Assembly (NCBI GenBank): GCA_001766905.1
Contig: MEKI01000137.1
Location: forward strand, 30,319 to 94,318
Source: Acidobacteria bacterium RBG_13_68_16
GTDB taxonomy: Bacteria; Acidobacteriota; Thermoanaerobaculia; Thermoanaerobaculales; Thermoanaerobaculaceae
DNA: 64,000 bases
Reading direction: 5' to 3'
The translations under genes and the position numbers were made by a program. How positions within the stretch are numbered: the first letter of the stretch is position 1; every line of letters starts with the position of its first letter. Under the pieces are notes generated by a model that saw nothing but the letters and a program-made list of their open reading frames with translations, was not told where the DNA came from and ran no database searches. Positions 54,957 to 64,000 of the stretch are shown here, piece after piece.

Positions 54957-57275
54957 GTGGACGAGTCGCTGGTGATCGTGGAGTCCCCCGCCAAGGCGCG
55001 GACGCTGGGCCGCTACCTGGGGAAGGGGTATGCCGTTGTGGCCTCGGTCGGGCACGTGCGCGATCTTCCGAAGAACGAGCTCGGTATCGACGTCGAGCAC
55101 GGGTTCGAGCCGATCTACCAGCCGCTCCCGGCCAAGCGCAAGGTGATCGCCGAGATCCAACAGGCGGCGCGTAAGGCCGCGCGGGTTCTGGTGGCCACAG
55201 ACCCCGACCGCGAGGGGGAAGCGATCGGCTGGCACCTCGCGGAGCTGCTTGGCGGAAGCGGCAAGCCGGTGGAACGGGTGCTCTTCCACGAGATCACGAA
55301 GCAGGCGGTGAAGGAGGCGATCGCCCACCCCCGCCCCCTCGACTACCATCTCATCGACTCTCAGCAGGCGCGGCGGGTGCTGGACCGCCTGGTCGGCTAC
55401 AAGCTCTCGCCGTTGCTCTGGGACAAGGTCAGGCGCGGCCTCTCGGCGGGTCGGGTCCAGTCGGTCGCTCTGAAAATGATCTGCGACCGCGAGGCCGAGA
55501 TCGAGGCGTTTGTCCCGGAGGAGTACTGGCATCTGGACGCGCGGCTGGCGGCGGGGCAGCCCCCCTCGTTCGTCGCCCGGCTGGCCCAGCGCGACGGCAA
55601 GAAGCTCGTCGTGCACGACGGCGAGACGGCCGCGGCCGTGAAAACCGAGGTCGAGCGGGCGCGCTTCGTCGTGGCCAAGGTCACGAAGCGGCGCCGTCAG
55701 CAGAAGGCGGCACCCCCGTTCGTGACCGCGAAGCTTCAGCAGGCCGCCTACAAGCGCCACCACTTCCCGGTGCGCAAGACCATGCAACTCGCGCAGAAGT
55801 TGTACGAGGGCGTGGACCTGGGTGGCGGGGAGCGGGTGGGTCTGATCACCTACATGCGCACCGACTCGGTGCGCGTGGCTGCGGAGGCCCTCGCTGCCGC
55901 CCGTCAGCTGATCGCCGAGGCGTATGGCAGCGAGTCTCTCCCGGAGAAGCCGAACTTCTTCAAGAACCGCTCCGAAGCGCAGGACGCGCACGAGGCAATC
56001 CGCCCCACCGATCCAGCCAGGACGCCGGACGCGATGAAGCGCTACCTCGCCGCCGACGAACTGAAGCTCTACACGTTGGTCTGGCAGCGATTTGTGGCGT
56101 CCCAGATGACGCCGGCGCTGTTCGACGTGACCGACGTGCTGGTGGAGGCGGGGCGCTACGGTTTCAAGGCCCGCGGCGAGATCGAGGTGGAGGCGGGCTA
56201 CCTGCGGGTCTACCGCGAGGACGAGACGCCCGAGCAGAAGCCGCCCCAGGAGCAGGAGGAGGAGGAGGCTACCTCGAAGAGGCTCCCGGTGCTGAGCGAA
56301 GGGGAGATACTGGCGCTCGAGGAGCTCACATCGACCCAGAAGTTCACCCAGCCGCCGCCGCGGTTCACGGAGTCGACGCTCGTGAAGGCGCTGGAGGAGA
56401 ACGGCATCGGCCGTCCCTCGACGTACGCACAGATCATCGCCACCCTCGCCGACCGCTCGTACGTGGAACGTCAGAAAGGGACGTTCTTCCCCACGGAGCT
56501 TGGGAAGCTGGTCAGCCGGCTACTGATCGCCTCGTTCGGGGATCTAATCAACGAGTCGTACACCGCCCGCATGGAGGAGCAGCTCGACGAGATTGCCGAA
56601 GGCAAGCTCGACTGGCGAGTGGCGCTCGCCAAGTTCTGGGCCACGTTCACGGACGACCTCGAGCGCGCCAAGGCCGAGATGGCCTCGGTAAAGGGCCAGG
56701 GGGTGGAGACCAAGGAGACGTGCCCGACGTGTGGCGCCCCCATGGTCCTCCGCTTCGGGCGCTACGGGGAGTATCTCGCCTGTTCCAACTACCCAACCTG
56801 CAAGACCACCCGGGAGCCAGGCGCACCCGGCGTCACCGGGGAAGCCCCGGCGTGCCCGGAGTGCGGGGCCCCCATGGTGCTCAAGCGCTCCCGATTCGGA
56901 CAGTTCTGGGCGTGCTCACGCTACCCGGAGTGCAAGGGCATCCGCAAGCTGGTCACCGGCACCGCGAGCCCCAACACCCCGTCGGGAGTGGCGTGCCCGT
57001 CGTGCGGCGAGGGGGAGCTCGTCGAGAAGCGCTCGCGACGCGGCCGCGGCTTCTGGGGGTGCAATCGCTACCCGAAGTGCAGCTTCACGCTTCCGGCCAG
57101 GCCGGTTCTCCACCCCTGCCCGTCGTGCGGCGCGCCGTTCGTGATGGAGAAGAAAACAGTCCGGCGCGGCGTCGAGTGGGTGTGCGCCCGCGAGGGCTGC
57201 GGCTTCCGGGGTCCCGCCGAAGACGGGGGATCGAGAGCCGGGGTCAGGGATCCGGAAAAACCAGGGAAGGATTAG
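54957..57275 (+). CDS. topA: DNA topoisomerase I
   Basis: Toprim start LVIVESPAKARTLGRYLG, active-site region LITYMRTDSVRV, and four C-terminal C4 zinc ribbons (CPTCGAP..CSNYPTC, CPECGAP..CSRYPEC, CPSCGEG..CNRYPKC, CPSCGAP..C..EGC). Start revised to GTG 54957, after GGAGGA. Confidence 0.95.
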   Translation: MDESLVIVESPAKARTLGRYLGKGYAVVASVGHVRDLPKNELGIDVEHGFEPIYQPLPAKRKVIAEIQQAARKAARVLVATDPDREGEAIGWHLAELLGGSGKPVERVLFHEITKQAVKEAIAHPRPLDYHLIDSQQARRVLDRLVGYKLSPLLWDKVRRGLSAGRVQSVALKMICDREAEIEAFVPEEYWHLDARLAAGQPPSFVARLAQRDGKKLVVHDGETAAAVKTEVERARFVVAKVTKRRRQQKAAPPFVTAKLQQAAYKRHHFPVRKTMQLAQKLYEGVDLGGGERVGLITYMRTDSVRVAAEALAAARQLIAEAYGSESLPEKPNFFKNRSEAQDAHEAIRPTDPARTPDAMKRYLAADELKLYTLVWQRFVASQMTPALFDVTDVLVEAGRYGFKARGEIEVEAGYLRVYREDETPEQKPPQEQEEEEATSKRLPVLSEGEILALEELTSTQKFTQPPPRFTESTLVKALEENGIGRPSTYAQIIATLADRSYVERQKGTFFPTELGKLVSRLLIASFGDLINESYTARMEEQLDEIAEGKLDWRVALAKFWATFTDDLERAKAEMASVKGQGVETKETCPTCGAPMVLRFGRYGEYLACSNYPTCKTTREPGAPGVTGEAPACPECGAPMVLKRSRFGQFWACSRYPECKGIRKLVTGTASPNTPSGVACPSCGEGELVEKRSRRGRGFWGCNRYPKCSFTLPARPVLHPCPSCGAPFVMEKKTVRRGVEWVCAREGCGFRGPAEDGGSRAGVRDPEKPGKD

Positions 57276-57378
57276 ATCTTGGTCGGATCCCGTGGGTTCG
57301 GAGCCCGGACCCCGGGCCCCAGAACCCGTAGGGTGGGGCGAGCGAGTTCGGGTGGCCTCTCGCGAGGCCAAGAGGCCG

Positions 57379-58737
57379 ATGAGTGATCGTACCGTGACCG
57401 TGGTCGGGGGAGGCCTCGCCGGGTGCGAGGCGGCCTGGCAGCTTGCCTGCGCGGGCGTTCCGGTGCTTCTGCTCGAGATGCGGCCCGGGTCCTCCACTCC
57501 GGCGCACCGAACCGGCACCCTGGCGGAGCTCGTGTGCTCCAACTCCCTGCGCTCCGACAATCCGGAGAACGCGGTGGGGCTGCTCAAGCGTGAGATGGAG
57601 GCACTGGGCTCGGTGATCGTGGCCGCGGCGCGGGCGGCGGCGCTGCCGGCTGGGGACGCGCTGGCGGTGGACCGCGAGGTGTTTGCGGACTGCGTGCAGG
57701 AGGCCGTCACCTCCCACCCGCTGGTGACCGTTACGCGGGGGGAGGTGCGGGAACTCCCTTCAGGGCCCGCGATCGTCGCCACCGGACCGCTCACCTCCGA
57801 GGCTCTGCACGCCTCTCTCACCGCGCTCCTTGGGGAGGGTTCCCTGTCGTTCTTCGACGCGATCGCCCCGGTGGTCGCCGCCGACTCGTTGGACACGAAC
57901 CGCCTCTACCGAGCCTCCCGCTACGGCAAGGGGGGCGGCGAGGATTACCTCAACGCCCCGCTGGAGCGCGAAGAGTACCTGGCGTTCGTCCAGGCTTTGC
58001 GGTCGGCGGAGAAAGTCCCTGTCAGGGAGTTTGAGCGTGAGATCCCGTACTTCGAGGGATGCCTGCCGGTCGAGGTGATGGCGGAACGAGGGATCGACAC
58101 CCTGCGATACGGGCCGATGAAACCGGTGGGGTTGCCCGACCCGCGAACCGGTCGGCTCCCGCATGCGGTGGTTCAGTTGCGCCGGGACGACCTGGCCGCC
58201 GTGCATTGGAACCTGGTTGGCTTCCAGACCCGCATGACGTTTGGCGCGCAGCAGCAGGTCTTCCGCCTCATCCCGGGCCTCGAGGGCGCGCGCTTCGCTC
58301 GGCTCGGCATGATCCATCGCAACACCTTCATCTGCGCTCCCAGACACGTCGACTCACAGTTGCGCGTGAAGGTGCGACCATCGCTGCGGCTGGCCGGCCA
58401 GCTCACCGGTGTGGAGGGGTACGTGGAATCCGCCGCGATCGGTTTGCTCGCCGCGCTCTACGTGACAGCAGAGCTACGAGGCTCGGAGGTCCCAACCCTC
58501 CCCGCGTGGACCGCCCACGGCGGCCTGGTGCGCCACCTTACCGAGCGCCCGCCGCATCGCTTCCAACCCGCCAACGCCTCTTGGGGCCTGATGGTGGACC
58601 CGCCGATTGAACTGCCGAGGGAGAAGGGCGCTCGGCGCCGGGCATGCGTGGGCGTGGCGCTGGAAGCGGTTCGGAGTTGGCGAGCGGCGTTCCCGTGGCC
58701 GGTCCCGGATAGCGCGCGACGCTCGTTCAGTAGCTGA
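57379..58737 (+). CDS. trmFO: Methylenetetrahydrofolate--tRNA-(uracil54-C5)-methyltransferase TrmFO (Gid)
   Basis: FAD motif VTVVGGGLAGCEAAWQLA, CSNSLRSD, and GQLTGVEGYVESAAIGLLA. Start revised to ATG 57379. Confidence 0.92.
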   Translation: MSDRTVTVVGGGLAGCEAAWQLACAGVPVLLLEMRPGSSTPAHRTGTLAELVCSNSLRSDNPENAVGLLKREMEALGSVIVAAARAAALPAGDALAVDREVFADCVQEAVTSHPLVTVTRGEVRELPSGPAIVATGPLTSEALHASLTALLGEGSLSFFDAIAPVVAADSLDTNRLYRASRYGKGGGEDYLNAPLEREEYLAFVQALRSAEKVPVREFEREIPYFEGCLPVEVMAERGIDTLRYGPMKPVGLPDPRTGRLPHAVVQLRRDDLAAVHWNLVGFQTRMTFGAQQQVFRLIPGLEGARFARLGMIHRNTFICAPRHVDSQLRVKVRPSLRLAGQLTGVEGYVESAAIGLLAALYVTAELRGSEVPTLPAWTAHGGLVRHLTERPPHRFQPANASWGLMVDPPIELPREKGARRRACVGVALEAVRSWRAAFPWPVPDSARRSFSS

Positions 58738-59305
58738 CGAGCGTGCGGAGGGCGGCGACCTCCTCTGGCGTGAGCTCGCGTCCCTCAGCTTCGGGCAGGT
58801 CGGCGAGTTCCACCGGGCCCACCGCGACCCGGATCAAGCGCCGGACCTTGAAGCCGATGGCCGCGAATAGCCGGCGGATCTCGCGGTTGCGTCCCTCGTG
58901 CAGAACGACCTGCACGCGCGTGCCGCCGCGCGGGGCCTTGCCGAGACGGGTCACCTCGGTGGGCAGCGTCGTTCGACCGTGGATCGCCACCCCGCCCCGC
59001 CGCACCGTTTCGAGGTCCCTCTCGCGTGGGAAGCCCGCCACCGTGACCAGGTAGCTCTTGCTGACCCGGCCCGGGTCCATGAGGCGCTGGGCGAGGCGCG
59101 GGTCGTCGGAGAACAACAGCAACCCCTCCGAGTCCTTGTCCAGGCGCCCCACCGCAAACCACTCACGGTAGCCCTCGGGCAGCAGCTCGAACACCGTGGT
59201 CGCGCCGCCCTCGCGGACGCGCGAGACCACCACCTTGCGCGGCTTGTGCAGCGCGAAGATGCGGGCGAACCTGAGCGAGGAGGTCGCCGGGTCAGCCACC
59301 ACCAC
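58727..59305 (-). CDS. RsuA/RluB/RluE-family pseudouridine synthase (no S4 domain evident)
   Basis: Catalytic motif VGRLDKDSEGLLLFSDD and HEGRNREIRRLF. The start lies among three consecutive GTG codons (59299..59305) that overlap the upstream gene's stop. Confidence 0.82.
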   Translation of the reverse strand: MVVADPATSSLRFARIFALHKPRKVVVSRVREGGATTVFELLPEGYREWFAVGRLDKDSEGLLLFSDDPRLAQRLMDPGRVSKSYLVTVAGFPRERDLETVRRGGVAIHGRTTLPTEVTRLGKAPRGGTRVQVVLHEGRNREIRRLFAAIGFKVRRLIRVAVGPVELADLPEAEGRELTPEEVAALRTLVSY

Positions 59306-60806
59306 CCCCGATCTGAGAGTGGGCCCGCCGCGCCAGCTTGACCAGCTCCCAGTAGGGGGGAACGTAGCCGCGGTTGCGCTCAAACTCCCGTACCAGGCGG
59401 AGCACGCGGTCCCTGACCTGCGCGTGGGTTCGGACGAATCGCCTGGTGCGCAGCGCCCCCGCGGCGGAGAGGCCCTGGGGCACCGGGCCCACGAAGCCGA
59501 AGGAGTTCAGGGCGGAGCTGTAGAGCTTGGCCAGCCGCGCCGGTGCGAGCAGCGTCCATGCGTAGTCCAGCGTGTCCCCCCGCTCGGCGCCCTCCAGCAT
59601 GGCGTCCACGACCGCGTTGTCCACGTGGTCCGCGAGCAGAGTCGTTGGGTCGCGCCATTCGGCCACCACGGCGAGCTGCGGGTCGTACTCCAGGTCGGAG
59701 GGCTCCTGCGTCTCGAAATGGGTGACCCCGAACCCCGAGAGCCAGGAAGCGAGCCCCGGCGAGGAGATTCTTGAAAGGCTCATCCAGAGGGTGATGCCTA
59801 TACGCTCGAACGCGGCAGATGCAACCTCCGAGCAGAAAAGCCTGCCGTGGTCGGAGAAGTCCATTGAGAAGTCGTACGGGATGTGGTGCCCCCGCGCCTC
59901 GCGAACGGCCGCCGTGGCCGCCTGGTGCGGCAGCGTCGGATCTGCGGCCATCCGTGGGAGGTCGGCGCGGAGGCGGAGCACCATGACCCACAGCTTCACA
60001 TCCGCCAGGTATTCGGACAGGGTGGCCACTGCCACCCCCCTCTCGATGTGCGCCTCGACCACCGAGGCGGCCCCTGTGCGCCCGTCCACGTGAACCAGCG
60101 CGACGTGAGAGAAGTTGCCCGGGTAGTCGTTCCCCCGCGCGATCAGCGCCGAGGTCGGAGCGCCGCCGCGGGAGACCAGGACGTCGCCGCTGTGGACCCG
60201 AACCCCCAGGATCTCGGCGAACGGCGTGACCGAGGGCTCATCGTCGCCACGGACCAGGGCCGGCACCGTCCCCCGCGGCGCCTGAAGCATCGCCTCCTCC
60301 ACCGCGGCCCTGCCTGCGTACAGCATGCGGTAGAGCCTGTCGCGAGTCGCAAGCTGACCCATGTCCCAGCGCCGTGACTGCGTTTTGACCACCGACCGCA
60401 TCGTGGTGACGAGGTCGATGTAGTTCGGGATCCTGCCAGGGCAGGCCCCGACCATCGGGCCGAGCTCGAACGTGGCCCGCTCGAGCTCGTCGAACACCGC
60501 GCTCTTCGGCTCGAGCTGGCGGGAGGCCGCGGCGGCGAGCAGCCGACGACCGTCGCGCAGCGTGGCCTCGATCCGAGGCGCGACGCTTTCACAGCCGTCG
60601 GCTCGGGCACGCAGGAAGCTCGCCTCGAGAGCCTTCCACCGCTCGTCTTGGTGCCAGGCAAAAGGAGTACCGGCGGCGGTGTGCGGTGGAGCGGGCTCGG
60701 GAGCGGGTACCAGCAGGAACAGAAGGGCCGCCAGCGCGGCGAGGCCCGTCACCAGCAGCACCCGGCGCCACGGCGCACGGCTCGGTCTCCTCGGATTTTC
60801 GGGCAC
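59292..60806 (-). CDS. Membrane-anchored protein with a C-terminal YiiX/DUF830-like permuted papain-fold domain
   Basis: Start provisionally GTG 60806 (VPENPRRPSRAPWRRVLLVTGLAALAALLFLLV, a TM anchor). The His-before-Cys order (GNFSHVALVHVD ... GRLFCSEVASAAFE) is typical of permuted NlpC/P60-like YiiX proteins. The ~200-aa N-terminal region is unassigned. Confidence 0.62.
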   Translation of the reverse strand: MPENPRRPSRAPWRRVLLVTGLAALAALLFLLVPAPEPAPPHTAAGTPFAWHQDERWKALEASFLRARADGCESVAPRIEATLRDGRRLLAAAASRQLEPKSAVFDELERATFELGPMVGACPGRIPNYIDLVTTMRSVVKTQSRRWDMGQLATRDRLYRMLYAGRAAVEEAMLQAPRGTVPALVRGDDEPSVTPFAEILGVRVHSGDVLVSRGGAPTSALIARGNDYPGNFSHVALVHVDGRTGAASVVEAHIERGVAVATLSEYLADVKLWVMVLRLRADLPRMAADPTLPHQAATAAVREARGHHIPYDFSMDFSDHGRLFCSEVASAAFERIGITLWMSLSRISSPGLASWLSGFGVTHFETQEPSDLEYDPQLAVVAEWRDPTTLLADHVDNAVVDAMLEGAERGDTLDYAWTLLAPARLAKLYSSALNSFGFVGPVPQGLSAAGALRTRRFVRTHAQVRDRVLRLVREFERNRGYVPPYWELVKLARRAHSQIGGGGG

Positions 60807-60864
60807 CCTGAGCCCGAGGGTACCACCGCGCACCCCGGCGGGTGCGGGCGGGTAGAATGCTGCT

Positions 60865-61761
60865 GTGCCGTGGCGCCTTGAGGAGTTCACCGCCCACCTG
60901 AGGGACGAGCGCAACCTCTCCCCGCACACGCTGCGGGCGTACGAGCGCGAGGTGGCGCAGTTTCTCGAGTTCGCCCGGAGCGAGATGGGGTGTCGCGACC
61001 CGCGGGGCGTGAGCCCAAACGTGGTGCGCGCGTACCTCGCCCACCTGCACTCGCGGCGCCTGGCGAGAATCTCCACGCAACGGGCGCTGGCTGCCCTGCG
61101 CACGTATTTCCGTTTCCTGGGCCGAGAGGGGGTCGTGGACGCCAACCCGGCCAAGGTGGTGCCCACGCCACGTGCCCCGAGGAAGCTCCCCGAGATGGTC
61201 ACTGCAGTCCAGCTCGGCGAGCTGCTCGAAGCGCTCCCAGCGAACCCGGCGGGGCGACGCGACCGCGCCGCTCTCGAGCTCCTGTACGCGGCCGGGCTGC
61301 GGGCCGGCGAGCTGGTGGGACTCGACCTCGACGACGTGGACCTCTCCCGCCGCCTCGCGCGGGTGCGCGGGAAGGGGGGCAGGGAGCGTCTGGTCCCGTT
61401 CGGTCGCGAGGCGGAGAAGGCCCTGCGCGCCTACCTTCCCGACCGCGCCGCGTGGCGCTCTCACGCTCGCGCGCCGGCCGCCGGGGAACCGCTCTTCGTC
61501 AACCAACGCGGCGGCAGGCTCGCCGACCGCTCGTTACGGCGCATCCTCGATGCGGCGGTGCGGGAGGTGGCACTCATGCACCACCTGCACCCCCACACGC
61601 TGCGCCACGCCTTTGCCACCCACCTGCTCGAGGCCGGCATGGACCTGCGGGCGATCCAGGAGCTGTTGGGCCATGCGTCGCTGTCCACCACCCAGCGCTA
61701 CACCCACCTGGATCTGGCCCATTTAATGGAAACGTATAGCAAGGCTCACCCCAGGGCGTGA
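60865..61761 (+). CDS. xerC: Tyrosine site-specific recombinase XerC/XerD family
   Basis: 298 aa with an N-terminal SAM-like domain (LRDERNLSPHTLRAYEREV) and catalytic residues in ELLYAAGLRAGE, HTLRHAFATHLL and GHASLSTTQRYTH. Its context next to hslVU argues for the chromosomal dimer-resolution enzyme, not a phage integrase. Confidence 0.88.
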   Translation: MPWRLEEFTAHLRDERNLSPHTLRAYEREVAQFLEFARSEMGCRDPRGVSPNVVRAYLAHLHSRRLARISTQRALAALRTYFRFLGREGVVDANPAKVVPTPRAPRKLPEMVTAVQLGELLEALPANPAGRRDRAALELLYAAGLRAGELVGLDLDDVDLSRRLARVRGKGGRERLVPFGREAEKALRAYLPDRAAWRSHARAPAAGEPLFVNQRGGRLADRSLRRILDAAVREVALMHHLHPHTLRHAFATHLLEAGMDLRAIQELLGHASLSTTQRYTHLDLAHLMETYSKAHPRA

Positions 61762-61780
61762 GAACGCGCCCGGTGTCGCC

Positions 61781-62692
61781 TCAGCTGGCGAACAGCAGCG
61801 CGACGCCCGCCACGGTGACGGCCGTTCCGACAAGCGCTCGAACTGTCGGTCGGTAGCGCTCTGTGAGCATCAGGATCGGGATCACCAGCACCGGTGTGGT
61901 CGCCATGATCGTGGCGGCGATCCCCACGTCGGTGAGGTGCGCCGCCACGAGCGACAGCCAGACCCCCACGAAAGGCCCGAAGAACGCGCCGCCGACGATC
62001 GGGAGCCACGCGCGGCGGGTCGCGTCCGCGACCGCCAGGCCGCGGGCCCGTCCGGCCAGACCGGTCAGGGCCCAAATCACCGCAGTGGCCGTGCCCATGC
62101 GCACCCACGTTGCTGCGAGGGGTGGCACCCCCCCGGTCATCCCCAGCTTGGCCAGCACCAGCCCGAAGCCCTGGCAGACCGCTCCAACCACGGCGAGCGC
62201 CACACCCACTGCCCCATGGGCACCGCGGCGCTCACCCCCGTGCGGCTCGCCCACCACCCAGACGACGCCGCCCAGGGTGACCGCGATGCCAAGCAGCGCC
62301 AGGCGCCCCGGCTGCTCGTCCAGCAGAAGCAAGCCGGCCACCGATGCGGAGATCGGTGCCAGCGACATGATCAGGAAGGAGAGGCGGGGGCCGATGCGCC
62401 GCATCGCCTCGAACAGAGCGAGGTCGCCTATGACCAGCCCCACGACCCCACTGGCGGCCAGGTAGAGGGTACTGGTGCGGTCCAGCGACGTGAACGACGC
62501 GCCGGTGGCCACCAGCGCCAGAGACAGCAGACCCAGCGCCAGCGGCAGCCGGAGCAGGTTGACGCGCAGCGCCCCGATGCGGCGGGCGGCCTCGGCGAAG
62601 AAGAGGCCGGTCGCTGACCAGCACATCGCGGTTGCGAGGGCGGCGAGCTCCCCGGTGGGCACGGCTGCCAAGGATACAGGGGACAGCCTCAT
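61781..62692 (-). CDS. EamA/DMT-superfamily transporter
   Basis: 303 aa with ten hydrophobic segments in the two-repeat EamA arrangement. Confidence 0.8.
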   Translation of the reverse strand: MRLSPVSLAAVPTGELAALATAMCWSATGLFFAEAARRIGALRVNLLRLPLALGLLSLALVATGASFTSLDRTSTLYLAASGVVGLVIGDLALFEAMRRIGPRLSFLIMSLAPISASVAGLLLLDEQPGRLALLGIAVTLGGVVWVVGEPHGGERRGAHGAVGVALAVVGAVCQGFGLVLAKLGMTGGVPPLAATWVRMGTATAVIWALTGLAGRARGLAVADATRRAWLPIVGGAFFGPFVGVWLSLVAAHLTDVGIAATIMATTPVLVIPILMLTERYRPTVRALVGTAVTVAGVALLFAS

Positions 62693-62735
62693 CGGGGGTT
62701 GGCTTTCTTTGCTACCCTCGGCGGGGAGGTGTCAG

Positions 62736-63275
62736 ATGCGGCAGCAGTGGCACCACACCACGATCTGTGCGGTCCGGCGCGAGGGGATCACCGCGATGGC
62801 GTGCGACGGGCAGGTCACGCTCGGCAACACGATCCTGAAGCACGGGGCGACGAAGCTGCGCCGGCTGGGAGGGGGCAAGGTCCTCGCGGGGTTCGCGGGA
62901 TCGGTCGCCGATGCGCTCGCCCTTTTCACCCGGTTCGAGGTCAAGTTCGAGGAGTACTCCGGGAACCTCGAGCGCGCCGCGGTCGAGTTGGCGCGGGAGT
63001 GGCGCACAGACCGCGCACTCCGCCACCTGGAGGCGATGATGATCGTGGCCGACCGAGACCACCTCCTGCTGCTCTCCGGCTCGGGCGAGGTGGTGATCCC
63101 AGACGACGGCGTGCTTGGGATCGGCTCCGGGGGACCGGTGGCGCTGGCGGCGGCGCGCGCGCTGATCGCGCATTCGGACCTCGAAGCCGCCGAGGTCGCC
63201 CGCGAAGCGTTGCGGATAGCCTCGGAAATCGACCTTTACACCAACGACCACGTGACCGTGGAGGTGGCGCCGTGA
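62736..63275 (+). CDS. hslV: ATP-dependent protease subunit HslV (ClpQ)
   Basis: Start revised to ATG 62736 after [17 protein letters not shown] supplies the N-terminal catalytic Thr. [14 protein letters not shown] and [16 protein letters not shown] follow. Confidence 0.95.
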   Translation: MRQQWHHTTICAVRREGITAMACDGQVTLGNTILKHGATKLRRLGGGKVLAGFAGSVADALALFTRFEVKFEEYSGNLERAAVELAREWRTDRALRHLEAMMIVADRDHLLLLSGSGEVVIPDDGVLGIGSGGPVALAAARALIAHSDLEAAEVAREALRIASEIDLYTNDHVTVEVAP

Positions 63276-64000
63276 CAGCGCCGGAATACACCCCACGCGA
63301 GATCGTCGCCGAATTGGACCGTTTCATTATTGGGCAGGGCGCCGCCAAGCGAGCGGTTGCGGTCGCGTTGCGCAACCGGTGGCGGCGGCGCCAACTCACG
63401 GAGGAGCTGCGGCGCGAGGTGATGCCGGCGAACATCATCCTCATCGGGCCGACCGGGGTCGGCAAGACGGAGATCGCCCGCCGGCTGGCCCGACTGGCCA
63501 ACGCCCCGTTCGTCAAGGTGGAGGCTTCCAAGTTCACCGAGGTGGGGTACGTGGGGCGGGACGTGGATTCCATCGTGCGGGACCTGGTCGAGGCCGCGGT
63601 GGCCACCGTGCGGGAGGAGCGCGCGGCGTCGGTGCAGGTGGCCGCCCAGAGAGCCGCCGAGGAGCGGTTGGTTGACCTGCTGCTTCCCGCCGACCAGGCC
63701 GGCGACCGGGAGGAGTCCCGACGTGCCCTGCGCCGGCTGCTGCGCGAGGGCTCGCTGGAGGAGCGCGAAGTCGAGCTTGAGGTGGCTCAGACCCGCATGC
63801 CGGTGCTGAACCTGTTCGGTGGGCAGGGCATGGAAAGCCTCGAGATGAACCTGAAGGACGCCCTCGGGGGGATGTTCACCCGGCGGGAGCGCCGCAAGGC
63901 GACGGTGAGAGAGGCGCGCAAGCTCCTGGAGGCCGAGGAGGTGGAACGGCTCGTGGACCGGGAGGCCGTGGAACGGGAAGCGGTGGAGCGCGCCCAGGAG
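63272..64000 (+). CDS. hslU: ATP-dependent protease ATPase subunit HslU (ClpY); 5' part, runs off the right edge
   Basis: The GTG 63272 overlaps the hslV stop (GTGA). [33 protein letters not shown] and Walker [16 protein letters not shown]. The frame stays open to position 64000. Confidence 0.95.
   Translation, partial: MTAPEYTPREIVAELDRFIIGQGAAKRAVAVALRNRWRRRQLTEELRREVMPANIILIGPTGVGKTEIARRLARLANAPFVKVEASKFTEVGYVGRDVDSIVRDLVEAAVATVREERAASVQVAAQRAAEERLVDLLLPADQAGDREESRRALRRLLREGSLEEREVELEVAQTRMPVLNLFGGQGMESLEMNLKDALGGMFTRRERRKATVREARKLLEAEEVERLVDREAVEREAVERAQE

Noticed and set aside
57285-57320. T-loop-like GGGTTCGGAGCCC between topA and trmFO, considered as a possible tRNA or tmRNA fragment
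   Set aside because: No acceptor stem, D-arm or anticodon arm can be drawn around it, and the spacer is only about 100 nt. I found no tRNA or rRNA gene anywhere in the window.
60865-61761. Tyrosine recombinase as a marker of an integrated mobile element
   Set aside because: It sits in the conserved trmFO-xerC-hslVU housekeeping context. I saw no flanking phage or transposon genes, no tRNA target and no direct repeats. I interpret it as chromosomal XerC.

Overview
This is a visibly GC-rich bacterial chromosome segment. I computed no GC value and ran no database search. All calls come from motif and family recognition in the supplied translations plus direct reading of the DNA.

Gene content, left to right:
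- 0-11 kb: the classical replication-origin neighbourhood. gyrB-recF-dnaN-dnaA lie on the minus strand. rpmH-rnpA-yidD-yidC-rsmG-parA-parB-bactofilin lie on the plus strand. A consensus DnaA box pair sits in the dnaA-dnaN spacer, and a near-consensus parS sits on the rsmG stop codon.
- 11-15 kb: an iron module of fur, feoB, a small Cys-rich ORF and two DtxR-family regulators.
- 15-27 kb: tyrS, a secreted protein, a membrane protein, a four-gene translationally coupled glycan operon (priming sugar-phosphate transferase, GT4, GT2, 1067-aa polytopic GT-C-like protein), then serS.
- 27-34 kb: a GT-C-like membrane ORF that runs without a stop codon into an OmpA-family gene, then POT and OPT peptide transporters flanking a DinB-like gene.
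- 34.5-49 kb: an envelope-glycan island.
- 49-53 kb: a three-gene outer-membrane operon.
- 53-64 kb: the housekeeping block dprA-topA-trmFO-(rluE-like, YiiX-like)-xerC-(EamA)-hslV-hslU.

Most unusual content:
- Lead candidate: a roughly 10.4 kb, nine-gene tightly coupled operon at 38587-48986. It combines GT-B, GT-A and GT-C glycosyltransferases with two unrelated cobalamin-type radical SAM enzymes, four SAM-methyltransferase domains and an unknown nucleotidyltransferase-like protein. I cannot assign it to any characterised pathway.
- Second candidate: the operon at 49170-53065. It encodes a POTRA-less Omp85-type barrel fused to a gluzincin domain and a TolB-like propeller, preceded by two small putative lipoproteins.

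I saw no rRNA, tRNA, CRISPR array, transposase or prophage genes. Many long shadow ORFs on opposite strands or in other frames are GC artefacts. Start codons marked as revised are my choices from overlaps, RBS and family N-termini, and remain uncertain by a few codons.
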